Source: Nitrosopumilus sp. | GTDB taxonomy: Archaea; Thermoproteota; Nitrososphaeria; Nitrososphaerales; Nitrosopumilaceae | Direction of reading: 5' to 3' | NCBI GenBank assembly: GCA_965219345.1 | Contig: OZ244732.1 | Span: 480,001-544,000 of the forward strand | DNA length: 64,000 bases | In this document: one piece after another, positions 8,245 through 18,920 of the stretch | Position numbering within the stretch: position 1 is the stretch's first letter | Layout: each line of letters opens with the position of its first letter | The notes under the pieces: model-generated | The model's database searches: none | What the model was told of the DNA's origin: nothing | Seen by the model: only the letters and a program-made list of their open reading frames with translations | Position numbers and translations under genes: made by a program

Positions 8245-9534
8245 ATGTCAAAATATAGTGGATATGAGGGAAATTCATTAGAATTCCTAAAGACAAATCA
8301 AATTTCAGTGGGTGATTCTGTAAAAATATTGGCAGATATCACTTATTCAGGCATAATTATGCCAAGATATGAGCATAGTGATGATAAACATATTGTTTTG
8401 AAATTAAAGAGTGGATACAATATTGGTTTAGAAATTGAAAAAATTCAAAAAATAGAAAAAATCAAATCTGCTGAAAAAACTGTTCAACAAGAAGAAAAAT
8501 TAGAAAAAATTACAGGACTACCTAAAATTCTGTTATTATCAACCGGGGGAACAATTGCAAGTAAGATTGACTATAGGACAGGGGCAGTCACACCTGTATT
8601 AACAGTTGAAGAATTGAATTCATCTGTTCCAGAGCTTGCTAAACTTGCAAATATAGATACAGAGACCCTATTGTCAGAGTATTCTGAAAATATAATACCA
8701 GAACATTGGTTACAAATTGCTGAAAAAATTAATGAGTATTCTAAATCAGATTATTCAGGAATAATTATTGCACATGGTACAGATACAATGCACTATACAT
8801 CGTCCTTTCTTTCATTTGCACTTGCAGGATTTCCAATTCCAATTGTATTGGTTGGATCTCAGAGATCATCAGATCGTGCTTCATCAGATGCAGCATTAAA
8901 TCTAATTGGAGCAACAAAATTTATCACAGAAAGTCATACTAAAGGAGTTTTCATTGTTATGCATCAAGATGAAAATGATGACACTTTAGCATGTCATGCT
9001 GGAACAAGAGTAAGAAAAAATCATACAAGTAAAAGAGGAGCATTTCAAACAATTGGAGATAATCCAGCATTCATCATTGCAGAGAATCAAATTCAAAAAA
9101 ATATTTCTGAAGATTTTTTCAAAATTAGTGAATTTCAACCAAGAATTAAACTAGACACACATGTTGCCTTAGTAAAATATCATCCTGGATACGATCCCAA
9201 ATTATTAGATCAAATTATTGAGATGGGATATAGAGGAATAATTTTTGAAGGAACTGGATTAGGTCATATTGGAAATACAATGTATGAAAGCGTAAAAAAA
9301 GCAAATGAAAAAGGAATTTTTCTAGGCATGACTTCACAATGTATTGATGGTAGAGTTGGAATGACAGTATATGAAAGTGGACGAGATTTACTTGATTTAG
9401 GCATAATTCCATTAGAAAATATGGTTCCAGAAGTAGCTCTAGTAAAAGCAATGTGGGCAATGGGAAACTTCCAGGATGGAGAAGAAATAAAGAAAATTAT
9501 GCTTGAAAATATTGCATCGGAATTATCAGATTGA
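8245..9534 (+). CDS. gatD: Glu-tRNA(Gln) amidotransferase subunit D
   Basis: KLKSGYNIG N-domain; asparaginase motifs STGGTIAS, HGTDT, GSQRSSDR; adjacent to gatE. Confidence 0.96.
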   Translation: MSKYSGYEGNSLEFLKTNQISVGDSVKILADITYSGIIMPRYEHSDDKHIVLKLKSGYNIGLEIEKIQKIEKIKSAEKTVQQEEKLEKITGLPKILLLSTGGTIASKIDYRTGAVTPVLTVEELNSSVPELAKLANIDTETLLSEYSENIIPEHWLQIAEKINEYSKSDYSGIIIAHGTDTMHYTSSFLSFALAGFPIPIVLVGSQRSSDRASSDAALNLIGATKFITESHTKGVFIVMHQDENDDTLACHAGTRVRKNHTSKRGAFQTIGDNPAFIIAENQIQKNISEDFFKISEFQPRIKLDTHVALVKYHPGYDPKLLDQIIEMGYRGIIFEGTGLGHIGNTMYESVKKANEKGIFLGMTSQCIDGRVGMTVYESGRDLLDLGIIPLENMVPEVALVKAMWAMGNFQDGEEIKKIMLENIASELSD

Positions 9535-9544
9535 GAGAGGAGAA

Positions 9545-11452
9545 ATGTCAGAATTTTCTATAAATGATGTTGGAGTAAAAGTAGGACTTGAAATTCATCA
9601 ACAACTAGCAACTAACAAGAAGTTGTTTTGTAATTGTACTCCAATAGAATCAGATGAATATTTTATAAAATTTCAGAGAAAATTACGAGCGTCAAAAAGT
9701 GAATTGGGCGAGTTTGATCCTGCTGCACTGTTTGAAAAATCTAAATCAAAAACAATAATGTATTATGCTAATCCACAAAGTAGTTGTCTAGTAGAACAAG
9801 ACGAAGAACCGCCACATGAATTAGATGAGGATGCAAGGAAAATTTCATTGATTATTGCTTCTGCATTAAAATCTAATATTTTCAGTGAAATCTATCCTAT
9901 GAGAAAAACCGTTGTTGATGGTTCCAATACTACCGGATTCCAACGCACGATGTTAATTTCACAGGGAGGATTTTATGATGTAGAAGGAACAAAAATAGGA
10001 ATTCAATCAATTTGTCTTGAAGAAGATGCTGCTAAAATTCTTGGAGAAGAAGGCAAGATAAGAAAATATGGTTTAGAACGTTTAGGAGTACCTTTAGTAG
10101 AAATTGCAACAGAGCCTTTTGAAGTAAAACCTCATGAAATTAGAAAAATTGCGTTATCCTTAGGAAGAATTTTGAGAAGTACTAAAAAAGTGAAAAGAGG
10201 TCTGGGTTCAATTCGACAAGATGTTAATGTATCAATCAAAGAAGGAGGAGTAGTTATTGAAGTAAAAGGAGTACAACAACTAGATCAATTAGAAAAAATT
10301 GTAGAATATGAAGTAAAAAGACAGCATGGATTACTAAAAATATCAAAAGAATTACGAGAGAGAAATTGGATGTATGATAATAAAGAGAATAGGAAAGATA
10401 TTACAGAACTATTTTCAAAATGTAAATCAAAGATTATTCAAAATGCCATAAAGAAAAATCAGAAAATTTTTGCTGTATCTTTTAGAAATATGGTTGGAAT
10501 GTTTGGATATTCACCATATGAAGGCATAAGATTAGGGAAAGATGTAGCAGAATTAGTACGATTTTTTGGATTAGGCGGTGTTTTTCATTCAGATGAATTA
10601 CCTAATTATGGAATTGAAGAATCAGATCTGGAAAATCTAAAAGAATTTTTAAAAATTAATGAGAATGACGGATTTTTGATATTAGCCATACCTGAAGAAA
10701 AAATACACAGTATTGTTGACCAAATAATTTTGAGAATTGAACATATCAAAAATGAAGGCATACCAATAGATACACGATTAGCTACTCAAACAGGTGAAAC
10801 AAAATTTCTTAGACCTAGACCTGGTGCAGCAAGAATGTATCCTGAAACAGATATTCCTCCAATTCTAATCTCAAAAGAAGAATTAGAAGATGCAATGAAA
10901 AATATACCAAAATCATGGGATGAATCTATAAAAGAATTACAAACAAAATATGAAATTAATTCACAACTTGCAGAACAGATTTTTGATTCACAATATATAG
11001 AATTATTTGAAAATATTGTTGAGAAAACTAAAGTCAATCCTACATTTGTTGCATCAGTACTTTGTTCAACAATTACTAATTTAGAAAGAAGTGGATTAAA
11101 TTCTAATTTGTTACAAAATGAAGATATCATAAAATCATTTGAATTATTAGAAATGGGAAAAATTGCTAAAGAATCAATTGACATAATTTTTGAAAATATT
11201 ATGGCTGGAAAAGCCAAAACTACTGAAGAGGCAATGAAAAATACTGCAATTGAGGCTATAAATGAATCAGATTTGGAGAAAATTATTGAAGAAATTGTTG
11301 AAAAGAATCAAGAGATTATTAAAAATCAAAAAGAACGAGCTGTTGGACCATTAATGGGAATTGCCATGAAAGAATTAAGGGGAAAAGCCTCTGGTAAAAT
11401 GATAAACAAGCTTCTTTTGAAAAATATCAAGAAAAAGTTGGCAAATATCTAA
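9545..11452 (+). CDS. gatE: Glu-tRNA(Gln) amidotransferase subunit E
   Basis: KVGLEIHQQL, DGSNTTGFQRT, LEEDAA, RPRPGAARMYPETD; start set at ATG 9545. Confidence 0.96.
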   Translation: MSEFSINDVGVKVGLEIHQQLATNKKLFCNCTPIESDEYFIKFQRKLRASKSELGEFDPAALFEKSKSKTIMYYANPQSSCLVEQDEEPPHELDEDARKISLIIASALKSNIFSEIYPMRKTVVDGSNTTGFQRTMLISQGGFYDVEGTKIGIQSICLEEDAAKILGEEGKIRKYGLERLGVPLVEIATEPFEVKPHEIRKIALSLGRILRSTKKVKRGLGSIRQDVNVSIKEGGVVIEVKGVQQLDQLEKIVEYEVKRQHGLLKISKELRERNWMYDNKENRKDITELFSKCKSKIIQNAIKKNQKIFAVSFRNMVGMFGYSPYEGIRLGKDVAELVRFFGLGGVFHSDELPNYGIEESDLENLKEFLKINENDGFLILAIPEEKIHSIVDQIILRIEHIKNEGIPIDTRLATQTGETKFLRPRPGAARMYPETDIPPILISKEELEDAMKNIPKSWDESIKELQTKYEINSQLAEQIFDSQYIELFENIVEKTKVNPTFVASVLCSTITNLERSGLNSNLLQNEDIIKSFELLEMGKIAKESIDIIFENIMAGKAKTTEEAMKNTAIEAINESDLEKIIEEIVEKNQEIIKNQKERAVGPLMGIAMKELRGKASGKMINKLLLKNIKKKLANI

Positions 11453-11458
11453 TTATAA

Positions 11459-11543
11459 TGCGGGAAGTGGGATTTGAACCCACGAACTCCTAGAAGATAA
11501 GGATCTGAACCTTACGCCGTTGACCAGGCTGGGCGACTCCCGC
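11459..11543 (-). tRNA. tRNA-Leu (anticodon CAG)
   Basis: GCGGGAG acceptor stem, anticodon arm TAAGG-TTCAGAT-CCTTA, long variable arm, GTTCAAATC T-loop. Confidence 0.95.
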
Positions 11544-11620
11544 ATTGTGAATTTTTGTAATCTGGAATAAGTTTCTTTATTATACATGAAACAAATACAT
11601 CAAATTAATTAAGTGAGAAA

Positions 11621-11785
11621 ATGGAATTTAGAGAAATATATTGTACAAATTGTAAAAAAGTGCTTGGTCGTTATAATATTAAATTCTATGATGATACCAA
11701 AATTGAAGAAGCATTAAAAACAACTCACGTTACTCATGTAAGAAATGGGCATCGAGTAGACATTAGAAAATTTGTAAAAGACTAA
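11621..11785 (+). CDS. Small putative zinc-binding protein (54 aa), below the ORF-track cutoff
   Basis: MEFREIYCTNCKKVLGRY...HVTHVRNGHRVDIRK; CxxC plus C-terminal His residues. Confidence 0.7.
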   Translation: MEFREIYCTNCKKVLGRYNIKFYDDTKIEEALKTTHVTHVRNGHRVDIRKFVKD

Positions 11786-12321
11786 TTCAATTTTATTTTT
11801 TCCACTGCCTCTGAGAGATTAGAAATTCTATGAATTCCGTGTTCTGAAATATGTTTATTCCACGGTTGTGAATATAGAATTACTTTTTTGTTTTTCTGAA
11901 TAATTTTTAATGCATTAAGAGGTGAATCGTCAATAAACACATCATAATCAAGATCAGCCTTCATTGGTCCATCGATTACTGATACATAATTATCATATGA
12001 TATATTGTAATGATTAAGCCAATTTTTTACGAAAGAATTAGTGGAATGTTCTCTTGCAGTAACAATATCTACTTGGCCTATATTTGAAAGATTTTTTGTA
12101 ACGGATGATAAATTTTCTTCAGTAGGAGGTATGGAATTCCAATTTTTCCAACAAGAACTTAATTCAGCATAAAAATCATAGCGGTTGATCTGAAATTTCT
12201 CCCAAAAATCCCAATCAGTAATATCATGTTTAGAAATTTTTGGTCTGATTGTATTGCTGTAATTTAACCAAGATTTTATTACATCTGCAAGTACACCATC
12301 AACATCTAATGCAATTTTCAT
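11782..12321 (-). CDS. HAD-superfamily 5'(3')-deoxyribonucleotidase-like (NT5C) phosphatase
   Basis: IALDVDGVLAD, IVTAR, FIDDSP, PWN motifs. Confidence 0.85.
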   Translation of the reverse strand: MKIALDVDGVLADVIKSWLNYSNTIRPKISKHDITDWDFWEKFQINRYDFYAELSSCWKNWNSIPPTEENLSSVTKNLSNIGQVDIVTAREHSTNSFVKNWLNHYNISYDNYVSVIDGPMKADLDYDVFIDDSPLNALKIIQKNKKVILYSQPWNKHISEHGIHRISNLSEAVEKIKLN

Positions 12322-12331
12322 TTTTTACCAA

Positions 12332-13414
12332 TCAATCACTAGCTTTTTGAAATTCATCTAGAAGGTTTTTTTGATGCTTATTGAGTTTTTTAGGAATATT
12401 AATAACAATTCTAACATATTGATCCCCTTTACCTCTAGAATTGATATGTGGGACTCCTTTTCCTTTTAATTTGATTATAGTATTTGGTTGACTACCTGAA
12501 TCAACTTTGATTTTTTCTGTACCTTCTAAGGTTGGAACAACAATTTCGCAACCTAATGCAGCATCAATCATTGAAACATCGTGATCATAGAAAATATCTT
12601 TCCCATCTCTAGTGAATTTAGAATGGGGTTGTACTCTGACTCTGACAATTAAATCACCATTAGATCCGTCAGTAACTTCATTTCCTTCTTCTCGAACAGT
12701 ATAGTCGCCCAAATCAACACCGGGTGGAATTTCAAAAGTAACTTTTTTTGAACCTTTTTTGTTACCTTGTCCTTTACAGTCCCCACAAGGAGTTTCAATA
12801 ATAGAGCCTTGGCCTCTGCAACTAGAACATGGTGCAGTGGTTACAAATGAAGTAAATCCCATGTTACGTCTATGTTGTACTTGTCCTTGACCATTACATG
12901 TAACACATGTTTTCTTGTTTGTGCCAGGTTCGCAACCAGAACCATGACAAATATCACACTGAACTTGTTTTTGTAGATTAATTTCCATTTTTTTCCCATG
13001 AAGAACATCCTCCAATGTTACCGAAGTTTCATAAAGAATATCAGAACCCCGTTGTTGACCAAAACCAAATCCTCCTCCATGACTAAAGATTGATTCAAAA
13101 ATGGAATCGAATCCTCCGCCTCCACGACCAAATATATCACTAAAATCTCCACGTACACCCTGAAAAATATCTTCACTACTGTATCTACCATCTACACCCG
13201 CATGTCCATGTTGATCATAGAGTTGTCTTTTTTCAGTATTTGAAAGAACAGCGTATGCTTCAGAAATTTCTTTGAAATGTTCTGGAGCATCTGAAGATTT
13301 GTTACGGTCTGGATGGAATTTTAATGCTAATTTTCTATACTGATTTTTAATTTCATCTATAGAAGATGATTTAGATACGCCTAAAACCTCATAATAATCA
13401 CGTTTTGCAGACAT
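12332..13414 (-). CDS. dnaJ: Chaperone DnaJ
   Basis: J-domain HPD, G/F region, four CxxCxGxG repeats. Confidence 0.98.
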   Translation of the reverse strand: MSAKRDYYEVLGVSKSSSIDEIKNQYRKLALKFHPDRNKSSDAPEHFKEISEAYAVLSNTEKRQLYDQHGHAGVDGRYSSEDIFQGVRGDFSDIFGRGGGGFDSIFESIFSHGGGFGFGQQRGSDILYETSVTLEDVLHGKKMEINLQKQVQCDICHGSGCEPGTNKKTCVTCNGQGQVQHRRNMGFTSFVTTAPCSSCRGQGSIIETPCGDCKGQGNKKGSKKVTFEIPPGVDLGDYTVREEGNEVTDGSNGDLIVRVRVQPHSKFTRDGKDIFYDHDVSMIDAALGCEIVVPTLEGTEKIKVDSGSQPNTIIKLKGKGVPHINSRGKGDQYVRIVINIPKKLNKHQKNLLDEFQKASD

Positions 13415-13462
13415 GAATCATTCCTTTGTTACAATTCTGTATAAATGATTGAATTTGAAAAA

Positions 13463-15571
13463 TTAGTTAGTTTTTGTTTCATCAGTTGAAGATGATTCGG
13501 TTGTTTGGTTATCTTCACTAGTACTTTGTTGTCCTTCTGCACTAGTACTTTGTTGTCCTTCTGCACTAGTACTTTGTTGTCCTTCTGCACTAGTACTTTG
13601 TTGTCCTTCTGCACTAGTACTTTGTTGTCCTTCTGCACTAGTACTTTGTTGTCCTTCTGCACTAGTACTTTGTTGTCCTTCTGCACTAGTACTTTGTTGT
13701 CCTTCTGCACCAGTACTTTGTTGTCCTTCTGCACCAGTACTTTGTTGTCCTTCTGCACCAGTACTTTGTTGTCCTTCTGCACCAGTACTTTGTTGTCCTT
13801 CTGCACTTGGAGGGGGTGAAGCATTTTTGTAAAGTTCGGTGGTTACTTCGTTGACTATGGATTGTAATGCTTCAAGTTTAGGCTTTAATTCATCAGACTC
13901 TTTATCTAAAACTTCTTTGACTTCTTTAACAGCATCGGTGATTTTGATTCCCTGTTCTTGGGAAATTTTATCCTTAAGATCATGATTAACTAATTTTTCA
14001 GTAGTGTAGATATAACTCTCTGCTTCATTTTTAAGATCAATTTTTTCTTTCTTCTTTTTGTCTTCATCAGAGAATTTTTCTGCATCTTCTTTTAATTTTT
14101 CAATTTCTTCTTTAGATAATTTTGACGAAGATTCAATAGTGATTTTTGCTTCCTTTTGTGTTCCAAGATCTTTTGCTGTGACATTAATTATTCCATTAGC
14201 ATCAATATCAAATTTCACTTCAATTTGAGGAACTCCTCTTGGAGCTGGTGGTAAATCAGTAAGATTAAAGCTTCCTAATGAAACATTGTCAGTTGCCATT
14301 GGTCGTTCACCTTGAACAACATGAATGGTTACAGCTGTTTGATTATCGGCCGCAGTTGTGAAAACTTTACTCTTGGAAGTTGGAATAGTCGTATTTCTTT
14401 CAATTAATGGTTCTCTAACTCCGCCCAGAGTTTCAATTCCTAATGTAAGCGGAGTAACATCAAGTAAAACTATATCACTAGTAACATCTCCAGCAATGAT
14501 TCCCGCCTGTATTGCAGCTCCCGTTGCTACTGCCTCCATAGGATCAACTCCTGATTCAGGATCTTTTCCAACAATTTCACCTACAATTTTTCTAACTAAT
14601 GGCATCCTTGTTGGTCCTCCGATCATCACGATTTTGTTGATGTCAGAGTGGGAAAGTTTGGCATCTTCAAATGCTTTTACTATTGATGGCTTGCATCGTT
14701 CAACAATTGGTGCAATTAACTCATCTAGTTTAGCTCTAGTGATTCTTAATTCAAGATTTTTTGCGCCTGTTGATGGATCTTGTGCAATAAAAGGCAAATT
14801 TACATCTGTTTCCATAACTGTGGATAATTCAATTTTGGCTTTTTCAGCAGCTTCTCTAATTCTTGTCGTTGCAGTTGTATCTTGTGAAAGATCAATGCCT
14901 TCTTTTTTCTTGAATTCATCAAGAATGTAATCAATTAGAACTTTGTCCATATCTGTACCACCTAATTGCGTGTCACCAGATGTACTTAGTACTTCAAAAA
15001 CACCTCCACCCATTTCCATTATTGTGACATCCAGAGTACCTCCACCAAAATCAAAGACAAGAATTTTCATGTCTTCTTTTGCTTTATCTAATCCAAATGC
15101 CAATGATGCTGCTGTTGGTTCATTGATGATTCTAACAACATCAAGGCCAGCAATAGTACCTGCATCTTTAGTTGCTTGGCGTTGATTATCATCAAAATAT
15201 GCTGGAACTGTAATTACTGCTTTTTCAACAGATTCACCAATAAATGCCTCAGCGTCTTTTTTGATTTTTTGAAGAATGAATGCAGAAACTTGTTGAGGTT
15301 TGTATTCTTTATCTTGAATTTTAAAAGTATGTTCAGATCCAATTTTTCTTTTAGCAGCAACAATAGTATTATCAGGATTTGTTACGGCTTGTCTTCGTGC
15401 TGGTTCACCAACTAAAAGCTCACCATCTTTAGAAAATGCTACAACAGATGGAAATGCTTTTCCTCCAACAGTAGCTCCCTCTGCAGCAGGAATAATTGTT
15501 GGTTTACCACCCATAACAACTGCAGCAGCAGAGTTACTCGTTCCTAAATCGATTCCAATTACTTTAGCCAT
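13463..15571 (-). CDS. dnaK: Chaperone DnaK (Hsp70) with expanded C-terminal repeat tail
   Basis: [33 protein letters not shown]. Confidence 0.99.
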   Translation of the reverse strand: MAKVIGIDLGTSNSAAAVVMGGKPTIIPAAEGATVGGKAFPSVVAFSKDGELLVGEPARRQAVTNPDNTIVAAKRKIGSEHTFKIQDKEYKPQQVSAFILQKIKKDAEAFIGESVEKAVITVPAYFDDNQRQATKDAGTIAGLDVVRIINEPTAASLAFGLDKAKEDMKILVFDFGGGTLDVTIMEMGGGVFEVLSTSGDTQLGGTDMDKVLIDYILDEFKKKEGIDLSQDTTATTRIREAAEKAKIELSTVMETDVNLPFIAQDPSTGAKNLELRITRAKLDELIAPIVERCKPSIVKAFEDAKLSHSDINKIVMIGGPTRMPLVRKIVGEIVGKDPESGVDPMEAVATGAAIQAGIIAGDVTSDIVLLDVTPLTLGIETLGGVREPLIERNTTIPTSKSKVFTTAADNQTAVTIHVVQGERPMATDNVSLGSFNLTDLPPAPRGVPQIEVKFDIDANGIINVTAKDLGTQKEAKITIESSSKLSKEEIEKLKEDAEKFSDEDKKKKEKIDLKNEAESYIYTTEKLVNHDLKDKISQEQGIKITDAVKEVKEVLDKESDELKPKLEALQSIVNEVTTELYKNASPPPSAEGQQSTGAEGQQSTGAEGQQSTGAEGQQSTGAEGQQSTSAEGQQSTSAEGQQSTSAEGQQSTSAEGQQSTSAEGQQSTSAEGQQSTSAEGQQSTSEDNQTTESSSTDETKTN
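13517..13804. repeat. 24-bp tandem repeat x12 in dnaK, encoding AEGQQST[G/S]
   Basis: AC(T/C)AGTACTTTGTTGTCCTTCTGC units: 8 identical Ser-type plus 4 identical Gly-type. Confidence 0.98.
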
Positions 15572-15577
15572 ATTTTA

Positions 15578-16141
15578 TCATCCTTTTTTTGAAATTTCTA
15601 CTAGTGTAGGTCTTACGACCCTTTCATGAGAAATATATCCCTTCCTGATCTCTTTTGTAATTGTGTTATCATCTAAATCAGGATCAGTAATGATGGATAT
15701 TGCTTCATGAAAATTAGGATCAAAAATTTCGCCTAGTGAACCAATTGGGATAACATGATATTTTTTCAGTAATGAATCCATGTTTTTCAAAATAGAATCT
15801 AAGCCGGTAGTGTTGGTTTTACTTTCAGAAAAAACTTCTTTGGCTCTAATAAAATCATCATATATTTTTAAAAAATCTAAGACAAATTCATCAACTTTAG
15901 CATTAACACCATTTTCTATATCAGATTGTGTTTTTCGATTAAGATTCTGAAAGTCTGCTAAAACATGTTTTAATTTTTCTTCATGTTCCAATACTTTCTG
16001 TTTTTCTATCTCTAACAATTTTGATAATTCTTCAATACTTGTTTCTGTAGGTTTTGGTTCTTCAGAAAAATTATTAGATTCAGATTCGTTTTCAGATACT
16101 ACAGTACCAGAAATCTCGTCGGGGCCATTTTCAGATGACAA
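15578..16141 (-). CDS. grpE: Nucleotide exchange factor GrpE
   Basis: ADFQN, FDPNFHEA, KGY..HERVVRP; upstream of dnaK. Confidence 0.95.
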   Translation of the reverse strand: MSSENGPDEISGTVVSENESESNNFSEEPKPTETSIEELSKLLEIEKQKVLEHEEKLKHVLADFQNLNRKTQSDIENGVNAKVDEFVLDFLKIYDDFIRAKEVFSESKTNTTGLDSILKNMDSLLKKYHVIPIGSLGEIFDPNFHEAISIITDPDLDDNTITKEIRKGYISHERVVRPTLVEISKKG

Positions 16142-16177
16142 ATCAAAAAAAAATATTAATTTCGCTAATTTAAGTTA

Positions 16178-17317
16178 TTATTGAATAGTTTCGCATAGAG
16201 GATTAGCTTTGACAACAATTAGATTAGAATCTTGTTTGGTTTTTTCTATACGTTCAAAATCAGTTTTTGAACACGCTACAACAATTGTAGTTTTATCACT
16301 ATGAAAAAGATCATAGTTCGGATCTTCATAAGCTTCTACATCACCTATATAATCTCGTAATCTTGTGGTTAAATTCTGAAGCATCTCAATTTTATCTCCA
16401 CGCATAGCATGTTGATCAAGAGTCCAGGATAATGCAATTTTTGTTCTACTAGCTTTTAGATCATTTTTCTTTAATGTTATTCTAATTTCATCAATTAGTC
16501 TCTTGATATATCCATCAATTCCTTTTACACTTCCATTAATTAGATACATGAGGGTGTTTGCACCCTCAAATGAAGAACCTAGGGATTTTATATCAAATAG
16601 TCCTCCAACCATTTCATCAAGGAATATTTTCTGAAAATCATCTGATGATAGATCATTTTTGGTTATTTCATCTTGTGCATATTTACATACTTCTAAAACA
16701 CTACACAAACTAGAAAATCGAGATAGTATTTTGATGGCATGAAAGTGTTCTGATGATGAAATAGCAACAAATCTTTTCTCTTTTTTACTTATAGTAAGTA
16801 AATCAGATAGTTTAGAATCTTCTTTTCCATTAAAAGAACCAATAGTCTCTGGTTGTTTATTTTGATCTTCTAACGGATAATAAAAATATGAAATATTTTT
16901 TCCGACCTCAAGGCCTGTTACATGTTCCAGTAATGAAATATTTTCATTGTTGCCCCCAAATCCTGTTGGGAGAGTAAAAACAACTGAGCTGTTTTTCTTT
17001 AATGATTTTACTGCATCCTTAAATTTGGAATGAATTTCAGTTTTGGTGTCTTGTCCTGCTTTTCTAATTCTTGGAGTAAAGAAAAGATATTGAGTTTTAG
17101 AAATGGCCATATCAATTGGTTCCATAGCCAATAATGGTTCATCTTCTTTTAGAGAAGATACATTTGGGTAAGTTTTAGCTATTTCTGCCTTAAGTGAAAT
17201 TGCTGATGGAGTCGATTCATCTATAATGTAAACATCAGCTCCTTTGATTGCCATTTGAGATGCAATAGCATATCCTTCAGTACTAAGACCATAAACAACA
17301 ACTTTTACTCCCCCCAT
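16178..17317 (-). CDS. Divergent nucleotide-sugar (UDP-Glc/GDP-Man) dehydrogenase-like protein
   Basis: N-terminal Rossmann-like KVVVYGLSTEGY; length and layout of the family; canonical motifs degenerate. Confidence 0.55.
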   Translation of the reverse strand: MGGVKVVVYGLSTEGYAIASQMAIKGADVYIIDESTPSAISLKAEIAKTYPNVSSLKEDEPLLAMEPIDMAISKTQYLFFTPRIRKAGQDTKTEIHSKFKDAVKSLKKNSSVVFTLPTGFGGNNENISLLEHVTGLEVGKNISYFYYPLEDQNKQPETIGSFNGKEDSKLSDLLTISKKEKRFVAISSSEHFHAIKILSRFSSLCSVLEVCKYAQDEITKNDLSSDDFQKIFLDEMVGGLFDIKSLGSSFEGANTLMYLINGSVKGIDGYIKRLIDEIRITLKKNDLKASRTKIALSWTLDQHAMRGDKIEMLQNLTTRLRDYIGDVEAYEDPNYDLFHSDKTTIVVACSKTDFERIEKTKQDSNLIVVKANPLCETIQ

Positions 17318-17337
17318 TACACTTACGGCTGTTAATA

Positions 17338-17540
17338 GACTAAGAAAAACTTATTGAACTTGATATTATTATGGAAAATGCTTGAAAATTTGGAGATATT
17401 CCTACACAGCTATCATGCAGTAGGTTTCGCACTAGAACCCACTTGTATGGAAAATGCTTGAAAATTTGGAGATATTCCTACCCAAAACAATTATTATTTT
17501 CTTAATCAATAATTGAAAAATTTGGGAAAAAACATGATTT
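17338..17540 (+). pseudogene. Decayed 5' fragment (promoter plus start) of a DUF354 paralog
   Basis: ACTAAGAAA-ACTTATTGAACT and AAAATGCTTGAAAATTTGG...CCAAAACA.TTATT.TTTT match 17710-17800; frameshifted, stop-containing, truncated. Confidence 0.75.
17370..17481 (+). repeat. Exact 36-bp direct repeat x2 separated by a 40-bp unique insert
   Basis: TATGGAAAATGCTTGAAAATTTGGAGATATTCCTAC at 17370-17405 and 17446-17481. Confidence 0.95.
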
Positions 17541-17752
17541 AGCCATGAAACTTCCAATGACTAATACTTCTGAGAATCTTACCAAATTAGAATTAACTAA
17601 AACAGAAAATTATACAAATCTTCTATCCTAATTTTTTTAGTATTGTTTTTGATTCAGGATTAAAATCAAGCTTATTTTGACAATCATAAATGAATGAGAG
17701 CTTGGAATTACTAAGAAAGACTTATTGAACTAAGAAAATTATTGAAAAATGC

Positions 17753-18790
17753 TTGAAAATTTGGTTTGATGTACTTACTCCAAAACAGTTATTGTTTTTT
17801 GAACCCATGATAAAGCAATTATCAAAAAAAAATCAGATTTTGACTACTACAAGAAACTATAGAGAAGCATCAGAACTGGTAAAAATCAGAAAACTACACA
17901 TGAAAATTGTGGGAAAACATGGCGGAAATGAAAATTTAGGAAAATTATATGCTTCTGTTGAAAGAATGGAAAAATTGGTCAAGATAATTAATAAATTCAA
18001 GCCCAATTTGGCTATTAGTTTTTGTTCTCCTGATGCGTCAAGAGTAGCTTTTGGGTTAGGTATCAAGCATATTGGGTTTTCTAATGCACCACACTCAATT
18101 GCAGTTATGAAACTATCAGCACCACTTCTTACTAAGCTTTTGATTCCTAAACATATTCCCAAAAAAGAATTTGAAGGATTTGGAATAAACGTATCTAATA
18201 TTGTTCAGTATAATGCTATGGATGAATATGTAATTATAAAAAATAAATCTAAAAAATTACAACTACCAAGACTTCGCTTAAAGAAAAACAGAAACATACT
18301 TTTTAGAACCTATGAAACTCAGGCTTCATATGTAAAAAATCTTAAAAAATTTGATACTATTAATGCAATAAAAATGATTGCAAACAAATTTCGAAATTAT
18401 AATATTATTATTTTGGGCAGATATTCTGAACAAATTAAAAAATTAAACCAAGAATTAAAGGGAAATGTAATTGTTTTAGATAAAGTTGTAGATAGTGAAG
18501 CAATTTTATCAATCACAGATGTTTTTGTAGGTTCAGGAGGAACAATGACATCTGAAGCTGCTTTAAGAGGAATACCTACAATTTCTTATGATGGTGTTCC
18601 AAATTTGGATGAGAAGTATCTTGTTAAAAATGGTCTAGTAGTAAGATGTAAAGACTTCAAAAAAATCCCATTAGTAATTAAATCTGTATTAGAAAAAGAT
18701 GAAAAAAGTGTTAAAAATAAAGCTAAGAAATTTCTTGATGCAATGGAAGATCCTTATAGAAAACTAGAATTTGTAATTAAATCACTTTAG
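17753..18790 (+). CDS. DUF354 family GT-B glycosyltransferase-like protein
   Basis: MKIWFDVLTPKQLLFF, VGKHGG, GSGGTMTSEAALRGIPTIS. Confidence 0.85.
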   Translation: MKIWFDVLTPKQLLFFEPMIKQLSKKNQILTTTRNYREASELVKIRKLHMKIVGKHGGNENLGKLYASVERMEKLVKIINKFKPNLAISFCSPDASRVAFGLGIKHIGFSNAPHSIAVMKLSAPLLTKLLIPKHIPKKEFEGFGINVSNIVQYNAMDEYVIIKNKSKKLQLPRLRLKKNRNILFRTYETQASYVKNLKKFDTINAIKMIANKFRNYNIIILGRYSEQIKKLNQELKGNVIVLDKVVDSEAILSITDVFVGSGGTMTSEAALRGIPTISYDGVPNLDEKYLVKNGLVVRCKDFKKIPLVIKSVLEKDEKSVKNKAKKFLDAMEDPYRKLEFVIKSL

Positions 18791-18832
18791 AATAACATTT
18801 AAAGTAAATCAGAAGCAAATTTGGATATTAAC

Positions 18833-18905
18833 AGCCCGGTAGTGTAGCGGTCAAGCATAGGGGCCTTTGAAGCCCTTGACCCCAGTTCGAGTCTGGGCCG
18901 GGCTA
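18833..18905 (+). tRNA. tRNA-Gln (anticodon TTG)
   Basis: AGCCCGG/CCGGGCT acceptor (A1-U72, archaeal Gln type); anticodon loop CTTTGAA; TTCGAGT T-loop. Confidence 0.96.
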
Positions 18906-18920
18906 CTTTTAAAAAATTTT

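Noticed and set aside
13517-13804. 24-bp repeats as a CRISPR array; ORFs 13429..13824 and 13505..13819
   Set aside because: Units are head-to-tail with no spacers and lie in frame within dnaK; the extra ORFs are shadows of the stop-free repeat
17370-17481. Canonical CRISPR array
   Set aside because: Only two repeats, derived from a DUF354 gene start, and no cas genes in the window; kept only as a scar hypothesis
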